Of a DNA stretch of 64,000 nt, positions 50,201 through 61,472 are shown piece by piece. Origin of the DNA: Haliotis rubra (Eukaryota); assembly GCF_003918875.1 (NCBI RefSeq), contig NW_025767401.1, positions 992,001 to 1,056,000 of the forward strand, in the 5' to 3' direction. The notes below the pieces were generated by a model. The model saw only the letters and a program-made list of their open reading frames with translations. It was not told where the DNA came from and made no database searches. A program made the translations under genes and the position numbers. Positions within the stretch are counted from its first letter, which is position 1. Each line of letters starts with the position of its first letter.

Positions 50201-53200
50201 AGAGTATCAGGTGGGTGAAGAGCCCTACATCCTGGCCCCACAGACTGGGTCATTTGAGGTCATGGACGTTGGAGGCAGTCATGGAAAGGTCATGCGACAG
50301 ATGACCTTGCAGCGACCTGTGACATGGTGTCAAGCAGATTATATTGAGATGGGTGTCAAGCAGATTATATTGAGATGGGCGTGGTAGCTCAGTCTAAATA
50401 TTGACTGACTGGCTCGTAATTATTTTTCATTGTCATACTACGAAGTATAGTTTGTGGGGAATCCAAAATTGGTGACGAGCCAAGCTTTAACCACTAGGCT
50501 ACCCAACCGCCCCCAGTCTAAATGAAGACATCATTGATTAAGTTCTCTCCTTTGAATGTTGATTTCGGTAAATCATTCTTCATCGTCCAGTGTTCCTGTT
50601 TTAGGGGCGATGTCGTCCTTGACTGTGACATTAAAGTGCAATCCGGTGCGAATGCTTCTAAGGGAGCCTTCATCGCCGCTCGTCTGGATCAAGGAGGATG
50701 CTGGTTGACAGAGACAAAGGGTGTCTTCTTCTTCATTTTCCCACAGAGCAACATATTCATGGTCACTACTGGATTTGGTATGTTAACACCAAGATATTGT
50801 TTTCATTGTCCTGACATGACAGTTGGCTACGGATTAGTCCCATGTACAGATGCATTGATAATATCTATTGAGTGTGTCGTGGTACTTGGGGCTCCGTGGT
50901 TGAAATATTACTGGACAGAGATGTGTCCCATGAGTACGAAACAATGTTAACGTTTCAACATCCATCGCTTAAATTTTGACTCTCTTCCCACATCAAGTTG
51001 ACACCCCGAGATATAACAGTACATTTTCCAGGTTGCTTAGTTTTGTAGGTCTTCATCAGTGGTAGTATAGTATTGATATTACTCCATTCTTTAACACAAG
51101 TTATGGTCGGTTTGGTCAGACATTGCAAACAGGTAGCCCTAACTTAGGCTGCTCCCTGAAACAATTTGACTTTTCACTTTCGGACTGCCAGATAGTGTTT
51201 TCCTGGTAGATTCACAATTCGCGATATACCTCACTCACAAGACTGCCATAATGTGCAAATACATCAATATTCAGTTTGTTTTCAAATATACATACATTAG
51301 TGGGTGTGGTCCAATGCATAGAGCCCAGGTCACAAATCAGGTGAAGTAACGATGCTCGGAGAGCCCTTGGATGGATGGCTGACTGTGTTTAGCAGCTTGA
51401 CGCCTGAGAGTTTAGTAGGACTTCTGTCCTGCCCCACAACGAAGCATACGTGACGATGGATGTTGAAACGTTCGGACAGCAGAAAATGGGTATCAGATGG
51501 GATAACGCACATCACTCATATACTTCTAGCGCCTCACAGGAAGTTTGGGTTATCCTGGGTTATAATGTCCATTATCCTGTATGCGCGTAAAGCATGCCCG
51601 TGCGGCCTGGATATCAGAAAAGGCCTGATTATTATCATTATTTTCCATTATGCTCCGTTTTATTGATATACAGACCGGTTGGAATAATAGACAGGATAGG
51701 ATATTTTGTTCAAATACGTGTACTTAGCTTGTTGGTAATGGAGATCAGTTTCAAATTCGACATGAATATACATCGCTGCTATTCAAAATCTCTGAAGAAA
51801 ATAATACTAAGATGTACCTCAAAAGACAAGCCCGTGGAATATTTACGTTTTGAAAACTTGAAGTCATACTTAGGTCTCTTGTCATTCAGCCTTGTGGATA
51901 GACCCCCACCCCACCCCACCTCCCACCCCCACCCTAATGAGGTGACAGTCTCAATGAAGTAAATGGTTGGATTGTTCTTTAACGCCTTACTCAGCAATAT
52001 TCCAGCAATATGGCGGTAATGAAGCATATTAAGCCAACCCACTCACCCACTGCTAATGCTCTAATATAATATTAATAACACTCTTCGCGCATAGAAATAT
52101 CAAATAGGGCCTGTAAGTCTCGCGACTAAGATGGTTCCCAGCTCCGTTTGCCCAAGCCAACTTGCGATATGCGAGACGGGACCCAGCTTACTTTTGGTAC
52201 CATATTTCCGGTGACAAGCGTATGTTCAAGAACCAGTTCTGGTTCCAAATTGCGCGACAGCCAAATATGACTTTACTAGACCGGGCCAAGTGTACAACAC
52301 TGCTTGGCTGTCACAGCTGTTGACAGTAGTAATAGTTGGTTAATTTGGAGATGGTTAGATCGGAAATGCGTTATTCCTGCAAGGATTATCAGTTCCTTAC
52401 TGTCAACCCACAACCACGAGACCTTTCGAAAAGGTATGAAACGTTGTTTGTCACCGGAAGTACTAGGGTCTCGCGAAGTGCCGTGACCTACGGGCCCTAT
52501 AGCAACACATATTAAACGAGACTTGTAAATATCGGATACTGAATTAAGTTAATCATACATTTTGCTATCACTTGTTTTAGACCTGAAAACTGTCCTAGCA
52601 GCCGGAAAGATGCTTGTGGATCTGGACTGGAACACACTGTCACTTACTGTCGTGGTATTGATATTTTTGTTTTTTCCAGTTCAATACCTGTATTCTTGGC
52701 ATAATGGTAATACCCCAACTGCTATAGCACGGGGAAATGCAATCCATACATTTTAGATTGTCCAATGGTTTTAATTGTTTTCTTTAAAAGAAACATTAAC
52801 TTTCTGATCATATCAAACCAATAACTGTAACCTCAGAGAAAAGGTTTTGATATGATATTCGATATTATAGAATCTGTTTTGACTGATGAATAACCGAGAT
52901 ATAATAAGTATTGATTGCCCGTTATGTCCATTGTGTTCTAATATATAGGATAAGAGGAACACTTTTTATGGACAACCTCTTTATTGTAATGGATGCGTAT
53001 CATTTGCTTGATGCGATCTACACCTAAACGTCGCCTCTATTGCAATCAAGAAGTTGACCATCCATAAAAAGTGTTCCTCTTCATCAAACCAGCTTCTAAA
53101 TGCCAATTAAAGAGATATATAGGTTAGTTAGGTTTTTGTTCAAATTTTAAATGCACCCATCCTGCTCTTATTCCAGGATACTCAGGCGACAGGTTTCATC

Positions 53201-53326
53201 AATGGCAACATGGTGTTCAATATCACTGTTCCATCTGATATCAAATACGGCATGGTGGCAGTAGGATCGGGATCGTATGGTTATGCAGACTTTGACAACT
53301 TGAAGCTAAAGATACCTTATCTGTAG
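41230..53326 (+). CDS. GALC: Galactocerebrosidase-like GH59 paralogue 3 (18 exons, about 654 aa, divergent; exon 8 and exon 15 donors uncertain)
   Basis: Exons: 41230-41361, 41566-41634, 41866-41929, 42060-42148, 44525-44689, 45549-45587, 46363-46496, 46781-46874, 47548-47585, 47773-47897, 48123-48262, 48452-48517, 48964-49053, 49343-49484, 50203-50383, 50605-50777, 52581-52654, 53177-53326. Motifs CWNE, HYP, WASED, EPWSGHY, FDN. AATAAA at 53335-40. Confidence 0.9.
42557..43790. repeat. 73-bp minisatellite, about 17 copies (GALC-3 intron 4)
   Basis: caaggtagggtttgcacaaagtacttgcttgagagcctgttcactatactgtacacattacttcatggatagg repeated. Confidence 0.96.
48689..48818. other. Assembly gap (130 N) in GALC-3 intron 12
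   Basis: Run of N. The flanking exons 12 and 13 are both present, so no expected exon is missing. Confidence 0.99.
52105..52499. mobile_element. MITE-like element with short TIRs
   Basis: tagggcctgtaagtctcg ... cgtgacctacgggcccta. Confidence 0.55.
52948..53085. repeat. Inverted repeat / MITE remnant
   Basis: aagaggaacactttttatgga...attgtaat pairs with attgcaat...tccataaaaagtgttcctctt. Confidence 0.7.
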
Positions 53327-53662
53327 TTCACATGAATAAATAAATGTATACCATCTGAATAACAAGACACCATATACTGACACACTTTCAGACAGTTTCC
53401 TGTTACATTGAATGGACATTATGCCTGTGAACATATTTTGTTAACAAATAGAATGTAAAGAAATGAATAAAAATGATTTCTATTCCTTCTTTATGAAACG
53501 GAATGGATTTCTGGTGCAATGATAACATCTGATCTGTGTTATGTCTATGTATTTTGTACAAGCTATAACGGGTTGTACATGTAAACTGTGGTCATATAGT
53601 TGTGTCACTTCAAAAGATGTCATGTTGTCCCGATGTCCGAAATCTTCTCCTGATGACAGAAT

Positions 53663-54109
53663 GGGGCGTGGTGGGCGAGCTGTGTAAAGCGCCAAGCTTG
53701 TGATCCAGCGAGCTTGAGGTGCCGGGATCGAGCCCACCTGTGACCGGGTGTAAAAACCTTGGAGTCAACTTTGTGTGCAGATTCATTGTTGTGACAACAC
53801 CCAGTGTACAGTACACAACCCAGTGCACTTACAAGAACCCTCGAATCCGTTGGTGAACGACCAGAATACGTGCACAGACCTATTTGCGGGTGTAGCAACG
53901 TGAAGTAAACGTGAACAAAGTACTGTGAATATGTGTCCCAGAATGGGTACCTCGGAAGGATGGGAAAGCAGCAATAACTTGGTGCGCCTAGTGGCTGCAA
54001 GAGTTGTATGATCCCCAGGGAATTGAGATTGATAATACGATGTGCCATTCAGACTGACATCCAATGCTGGAAGGAAAAAAACAGCGCCTTGCGTGATATA
54101 TGTGCGCTA
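53663..54109 (+). mobile_element. tRNA-headed SINE family C (Meta/MESC-like core)
   Basis: Head ggggcgtggtgggcgagctg...gggatcgagcccac, core ggagtcaactttgtgtgcagattc, tail cagcgccttg...gcgcta. Family assignment is from recalled resemblance only. Confidence 0.55.
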
Positions 54110-54751
54110 CGAGGGTCGATCAGAAAGTACTTAGCCTAACTATATTCTCGATGTCCAATGTTTGAAAAGCTTCCATTTTATTTTGAAGGAATCGTTAGCA
54201 AAGCCATATCCAAAATTTCACATGTGTGGGTAATGTGGTTAACCAGATATTTGTCATCACAACACATTGGGTATAATATTTCTTTAAAAATTGCAGAAAA
54301 TGAAGAACGATTCGCCTTTTGGTACTTCTTGGATAATGGTATGCCCTCTGATAATGTCATGTAAATATGATCAGTATAGTATTGGATGACTTCCCGTCAT
54401 GATCAACAGTGAAAGATTTGGATTGCCTGATTTATTTACTGATGCCAATAGCTGCATTTAGACGTTATGTGACATACTTGAGGCAAGTAGTCTTCTTTAG
54501 ATACTTCAGATAAAGCTTCGAGAACTTCCACAAGAGACTTTTCTCCCAGTCTGAATAAAGCACCCATCATACTCCTGCCTTCTACTGAATCTTAACAGAA
54601 GCAATGTCATACACTTTAATCACTGCTACACGATATCATCAAATAACGCTGCCACATAACTGCTACAGTTTCTGTGTTTGGGAGCCTGGATTCTTGCCAC
54701 ATCAATTCTTACTTTTATTACCAGACATCGGTGTACGTTCCTGTAGTTTCG

Positions 54752-57700
54752 CCACTCCGTTGTTACAACTGCCAAAAATTTGGGCATGGATCACAGTCAT
54801 GCACAAAATCCAAAACATGCTACCGATGTAGTGAACAAGGTCATGATGGGAACGAGTGTACGAAACATCCCAAGTGTGTGAACTGTACTGGAGAACATAT
54901 GGCCTCCTCTAAACTATGTCATGTATTTCAAACAGAGCACAAAATCATTGAATTGAAACTAGAAAAGAATATCTCTTACCCTGAAGCCAAACGCTTGGTA
55001 CATGCAAGTCAACCACAGACTCTTCCCCTGTCTTATTCCGCTGCAGTAACCAGAACAGTGAACAAATCTGCTAAATCAGTTGAAACCCAGACAGATATTA
55101 CATGGGTCAAAACAGATACCTATTCACTCGTTGACGCTTCTTCTGTTCCTGATGTTGATACTCCTGCTGCTCCTGACGTTACTTCTGTAAACTCATACAC
55201 GCAGACGCAAAAAAACAAACAAACATCACCATCTCCTCTGGTTAGAAATGCTGGCAAGAATATTGATCATTCTAAGCAATCTGACAGACTGTCAAAGGGT
55301 CTCCGAGACCCAATACAGGTATTTAATAAGTATGATATCTTGGAAGACATGGATGTGTCGCCACATCCCCATAGGCGAAATAGAAGCAAGTCGCCACGGT
55401 CAGGGCAAAGTAGATCACCCGTACGCCCACCCCAAATAACGTGACCATTTACCATCCACTTATTCAGTGGAATTGCAGAGGTCTAAGGACCAATGCCAAT
55501 GAACTACATTTATTAGTACAGGACTTTCGACCTTCAGCATACTGTCTCCAGGAGACTTATCTCAAGCCAACAGATAAGTTTGAATTCCGTCAATACAATT
55601 ATTATCATTCTTTTTCACCTCCGGCTGTTAAAGCTTCTGGTGGGTGTTCTATTTTGGTGAGGCAGGATGTGATCCACAGTCCTGTTCCTCTTAATGTCAA
55701 TCTACAGGCTGTTGCAATTCGACTCACATTGCACATTACTTTTACTTTGTGCTCATTGTATATTCCACCCTCAACTACAGTCATTATATGACCAGCTCCC
55801 GAAACCATGTATATTCATGGGTGACTTAAATGGTCATAACCCTTTATGGGGAGGTACCAACACTAATTCTAAAGGAAAAGTCATTGAAGACTTTATCATT
55901 GATAATAGTTTGTGTATTTTTAATGACGGCTCACCGACATACTTGCATCCTGCTAGTGGTAGTTATTCTGCCCTGGATCTCTCACTGTCAGACTCTAATA
56001 TGTTAAGTGAGTTTTCATGGTCTGTCCACGATGACCTCTGTGGAAGTGACCACTTCCCTTCCATTCTTACTCCAACCATCCCTGCTGATGAGCCACCTTC
56101 GACGAGGTGGAACTTTGCAAAGGCCAACTGGACTATTTATAAATCATTGTGTGAGGAAATATTGCAGCCAGATCTGTTCATGAATGTACCTGATCCCATT
56201 CAGCTGTTTACAGACAAACTTAATGTTATTGCTGAAGAAGCTATTCCAAAGTCCTCTGCAGTTTCACATATCTGTAAACCATGGTTTGATATAGACTGTA
56301 AGACGGCCAGGAAGACCAGGAACAAGGCAGAGAAATATTTTCGTAGGCACCCTACAGTGACTAATCTAAATACTGTCAAAATAGCAAACACCAAGGCACG
56401 GCAAACTTTTAAACAGAACAAACGCCGGTCTTGGAGAAACTCTGTCTCTAGGATCAATTCTAGAAAGCCAATTTCTAAGGTGTGGAACATGATACAAAAA
56501 ATCATGGGTAAAGGTTCAAAATCGGCGGTTCATCATCTGAAAGACGGTGATCAATTACTTACAGACAAAATTGACAATGCAAATAAAAAAGGGGAAACTT
56601 TGTCTAAACATTCTTCATCATCGAATTACGTACCCCAATTCCAAAAATATCAAAAGCAGCATGAGAAGAAAACTATTACTTACACTTCCGATAATGGTGA
56701 AGATTATAACGAAATATTTTCAATTCATGAGCTCCACACTGCACTTGGACAAGCGCACGATACTGCAACAGGTGTTGATAACATCCATTATCAACTCCTG
56801 AAACATCTGCCTGAGTCGTGTTTGGAAACTCTGCTTTGTATATTTGATGCCATATGGACTTCTGGGAACTTTCCATCATCTTGGCATGATGCCATTGTGG
56901 TACCAATACCAAAACCTGGTCGGGATCATGCTGATCCTTCTAATTATCGACCTATATCTTTAACTAGCTGTGTCTGTAAAACTATGGAAACGTATGGTAG
57001 TTGGAAACTAACAATCAAATAAGTAATATTCAATGTGGTTTCCGGAAACACAGAAGTACCATTGACCATTTAGTACGTTTGGATTCATTTATAAGAAATG
57101 CCATTGTTAATAAACAACATGCGGTGTCAATCTTTTTTGATTTAGAAAAAGCATATGATACCACATGGAAGCATGGCATTTTGAGAGATTTACATGATTT
57201 TGGACTGAGAGGCCGTTTGCCGCATTTTATATCTCAGTTTTTAAAAGACAGAACATTTCAGCTCTGAGTGGGTTCTACCCTGTCTGACCATTATAATCAA
57301 GATCAGGGTGTACCACAAGGTAGTATATTGTCTGTTACACTGTTTAGCATTTAGATTAACAGTTTGTCAAAAGTTTTAAATGACTCAATTGATGGGTCTT
57401 TATTTGTTGATGATTTTAACATTTCATGTCGTGGCAAAAATATGCGCACAATTGAACGCCAGTTACAGTTGTGCCTTAATAAAATCCAAAATTGGTGTCT
57501 CGAGAATGGTTTCAAATTTTCAAAATCCAAGACAAATTGTATTCATTTTTGTCGAAGATATAAACCACATAAAGATCCTGAATTATTTCTAGGTGGAACT
57601 CCCATTAAGGTTGTAGAACAGGCCAAATTTTTGGGTCTTGTTTTTGACCATCATTTGACATATTTGCCGCATATTAGTCAGCTAAAGACTAAATGCTTGA

Positions 57701-59720
57701 AGGCTTTAGACCTGTTGAAAGTCGTGTCGAATTCAAAGTGGGGAGGAGACCAAAAAACCCTCCTCCACTTGTACAGATCACTTATTCGCTCAAAATTAGA
57801 TTATGGTTCAATTGTATATGGTGGAGCATGTAAAAGTAATTTAGAAAAATTAGATACAATTCACCATCAAGGTTTAAGATTATGTCCTGGTGCTTTCAGA
57901 TCATCACCTATCGATAGCCTTTATGTAGAAGAGGATGAACCTTCTCTTCATCAGCGCCGCATTAAATTATCTCTTCAGTATCTCACAAAGTTATGTCCAA
58001 ATCCATCAAATCCTGCTTATGGTGCAGTTTTTAATCCACAGTATGAAGAACTGTTTAATGTAAACCCTAAATAAATTCCACCTTTGGGAAGTCGGATGAA
58101 ATCCCATATTACAGCTGCAAATATTGAACTGGAGACTATATGTCCATGCAGGCTTCTCTCAACGCCTCCATGGCAATTGGTCCGACCGCTAGTGAACCTA
58201 GATTTTACTAATCATAAGAAATCTGACACAAATGACTTAATATACCAACAGGAATACATCCAGTTAAGGAACCAATATACTTCCCATCGTTCCATCTTTA
58301 CTGATGGATCTAAAGATGGTGGCAATGTGTCCAGTGCCACTGTCATCGGATCAAACAATATCACATTCCGATTACTAGACAATAGCTCCATATTCACAGC
58401 AGAGCCCATGGCAATATTGACAGCCTTGGAATACATTAAACGTCAGTCTCATCATAAACAATTTGTATTATTTTCTGATTCATTGTCATGTCTTCAGGCA
58501 ATGAAAAACATGTCTTCGGACCATCCCGTCATTCTAGATATATTGGAACTATACAGTAATCTTGCCACTAGCCAATACGACATTGTCTTCTGTTGGTTGC
58601 CCAGCCATGTTGGCATTGTGGGAAACACAATGGCTGATGATGCAGCAAAAACAGCTCTCACCAAATCTGTGACACCAGTTCTTCTACCATATAGTGATTT
58701 CAAACCTGTCATTAGATCTTATATCCGTGATCTGATGCAGAAGAAGTGGGACACCCAAGTAGATTTCAATAAATTACATGCAATAAAACCAACTATCGGT
58801 TACACCTACTTGGGCTGTCAGTCCAGATTTGAAGAGGTCACCATACGACGATGTCGTATTGGCCACACGTATTGGTACAGCCAGAATATACGCATGAGTA
58901 CCTATTAAAAGGTGAGGATCCTCCATTTTTAAAGGAATTATCCCTTGGCCAAAAAGTCGCCTGCTTCCCTCTCGCCCGTGATGAAAGGACGTCATATGAG
59001 GAACAGTCAATGATTTCTCGACATCAACGACGCTTGACTGCATTGAATATTCCATCTCGGAAAGGGATAACTACCTTCAAAGTAAATCATAAACAAACTA
59101 TGAAGGATCTTTTTAATAATGTCAGTTCTCATTTAATTATTGCATTTTTAAAGGAATTAGATTTGTTAAGTGATTTGTAAATAGATATATATTTTATTAT
59201 TGGTAGTTTGAATTAGTAACTGAGATTGTTAGTGGATGTACCCTCAAAGGGGGTTGACGTAGCGTAAAAGTATTGTCATCCTGCGAGGGTATGTAAGTCC
59301 CAAAACATTTGAAAGTCAATTTAAGTGTACCAGGTTTTTAATCGTAGTATTATTGTTGTGTTTTTGACGTGTATGGCTTAATGTCAGCACCAACGCTAAT
59401 GGCTGAAGGGATGGTGTAAATCCAGCTAGGGTCCATGCAGGTAGCAAAAGTAATGTAAGTCCCCATGGTCCCTAGTATGGTGATCTCCCTTCAGTTGTTG
59501 GCGATCTCTGGCCACTTTTTATATTGTATTGTCCAAATACTGCTATTTGTTTTAACTTTCTATGCTAGTTTTACTTCAAATTGTGATATTATAGTTGTTT
59601 TACTGTCCTTCGTCGGCAGGTTTTTATAATATCTATATATATTCTATTTCCATGTCAAATGTTCTCGTCACGATATGGATGCAATATTGCCGATGTGACG
59701 TTAAATTATAACTCACTCAC
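54752..59720 (+). mobile_element. I-group (Nimb/I-like) LINE with RNase H, 5'-truncated and inactivated
   Basis: ORF1 has three zinc knuckles (CYNCQKFGHGSQSC, CYRCSEQGHDGNEC, CVNCTGEH). ORF2 from 55441 has an APE endonuclease (QWNCRG, QET, GDLN, SDH), RT (NYRPISLTSC, FDLEKAYD, GVPQGS, FVDD) and RNase H (FTDGSK, SDSLS, WLPSHVGIVGN). (ACTC)n tail. 13-bp TSD tcctgtagtttcg at 54739-51 and 59721-33. Several stops and frameshifts. Confidence 0.95.
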
Positions 59721-59733
59721 TCCTGTAGTTTCG

Positions 59734-59889
59734 GGGTGGTGGGGTAGCCTAGTGGTTAAAGCGTTCGCTCATCACGCTGAAGAACCGGATTCGATACCCC
59801 ACATGGGTAAAATGTGTGAAGCCCATTTCTGGTGTCCCCCGGCGTGATATTGCTGCAATATTGGTAAAAGCGGCGTAAAACCATACTCA
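59734..59889 (+). mobile_element. tRNA-derived SINE family A
   Basis: gggtggtggggtagcctagtggttaaagcgttcgctc...gtaaaagcggcgtaaaaccatactca. Confidence 0.88.
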
Positions 59890-60828
59890 CTGTAGTATCA
59901 CCTCTAAACAAGCTTAAGGTGTACCCTTGTTCTTGGCGCAGTATTACCGACAAGGGTAAACACTGACTTTTTTTCTTGTTTACCTAACTGAAGCGCTCGT
60001 TAAACCTTTAAAATACCAACGATTTACACCTACATAACTATTTCTGAGGATGAAAGCACTTTGTTCTGTACTTACCGCTGACCTTGGACTAAGACGCCTG
60101 CCATGTACCTTCACCTGTCACGTTAGCCTTGACATCAAATGAGCCTTTATCGAACAATCTTTAACAACATAGGTATACGTATACTCTTTAAAGTAGGGGA
60201 ACTTCATTTTTAATTTACGATTGAAAACATTGGGAGATATATCGGAGTCAATTAATGTTGATATTATGAAAATGAATGTTTTGAGAGTGCATCAAATACG
60301 AGGGTGTTTTTAAATGGCCAGATCACTCATGGGTGTTTACGGCCTGACATTGTCCGAATGTACCTGTCAATGACACTTTGAGAGGTTTTATCACATCCTT
60401 GGATTGAATCCTGTACATAAGAACCTCTCAAATGGGGATCTTGTGGTTTGTAAAAGGGCCCGTATAAAACTCAGTTGTTGATTTTTTTAATTGTCGTTAG
60501 TCCATGTGAAAAATGTAGTTACAGGTTATTCCTTGGTAAAATGGGGTCAGGCCATTCTTGGTGTTATCGCCCGGTGAGGGTGTTGCTATCAGTCACGGCT
60601 TTATCTGGTCTTAAAATATTTACAGGCTGTCAGCGACGTAGTATGATTAGAACAATTACCTATCACTCGTTCTCAAAATTACTATCAAAAAGTGAAATTT
60701 GAAGCATCATTGTTTCAAATGCGGATATCACATCTGTGTCTAGAAGTACAAACATTGCAGAAAATGTTAAAGATAACATGTAGGATCTTGCACCAATGTC
60801 ACGGGATAAAGTGATTTAACCTTGGTTA

Positions 60829-61131
60829 GGCCACATAAGAAACACATTTTGTTTCTCATCCCATTTTTAAAACAAAAATATAGGCAGATTTTACGTTATA
60901 TTTTATTTTTTGTTAGTAGTGGTAGTGGTTTATGCAAAAAAAATGATTCCTGTGAAAATTTACACGTTTTCTCCGAAGGAAAATCAAAATCTAGAAGTGT
61001 GAAAAATTCATGCACGTTTGAGAGTCAAAGTTTGATTTTCTCTAGTGTAAAACATTTAAAAAATCTAAGGGTCCGGTCGAAGTTTTGGGTCGGGGGGTAA
61101 TGAGAAAGAAGTATATTTTTTATATATGGCC
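60829..61131. mobile_element. Harbinger/Tourist-like MITE upstream of GALC-4
   Basis: TTA-ggccacataagaaa...gtttctcat ... atgagaaagaagtatattttttatatatggcc-TTA. Confidence 0.65.
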
Positions 61132-61472
61132 TTATACAAGATAACGCGGTGACCTCTCCCACTGGCCAAGTCAACGGGTCGTCGTTCTCAATTGACGTCA
61201 CAAGTATTGTCCTAATTCGTACTTGACCGTGTAAGCACCTGTCTAGCCAATTAGTTCTAAAATTGCTTCAATTTACTTCAACTATTATTGATACTTATTA
61301 CATATGCTTGTCATAATCATCCTCCAAGTATCTGAAAACATTTGATCAGCTATTTTCCTTGATCTACTCTGATATATCCTGTTCTTCATGAGCTCTCTAC
61401 ATAGGTGCTGAGTTCATATATGATAGTTAAATTAAGTGTTCTCGGGAGCTGAGTTGTTCACTTTGCGGTAAT

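Noticed and set aside
54674-54751. 5' part of the 256-aa ORF as LINE ORF1
   Set aside because: It lies outside or within the left TSD. It is flanking DNA that happens to be in frame with the truncated ORF1.
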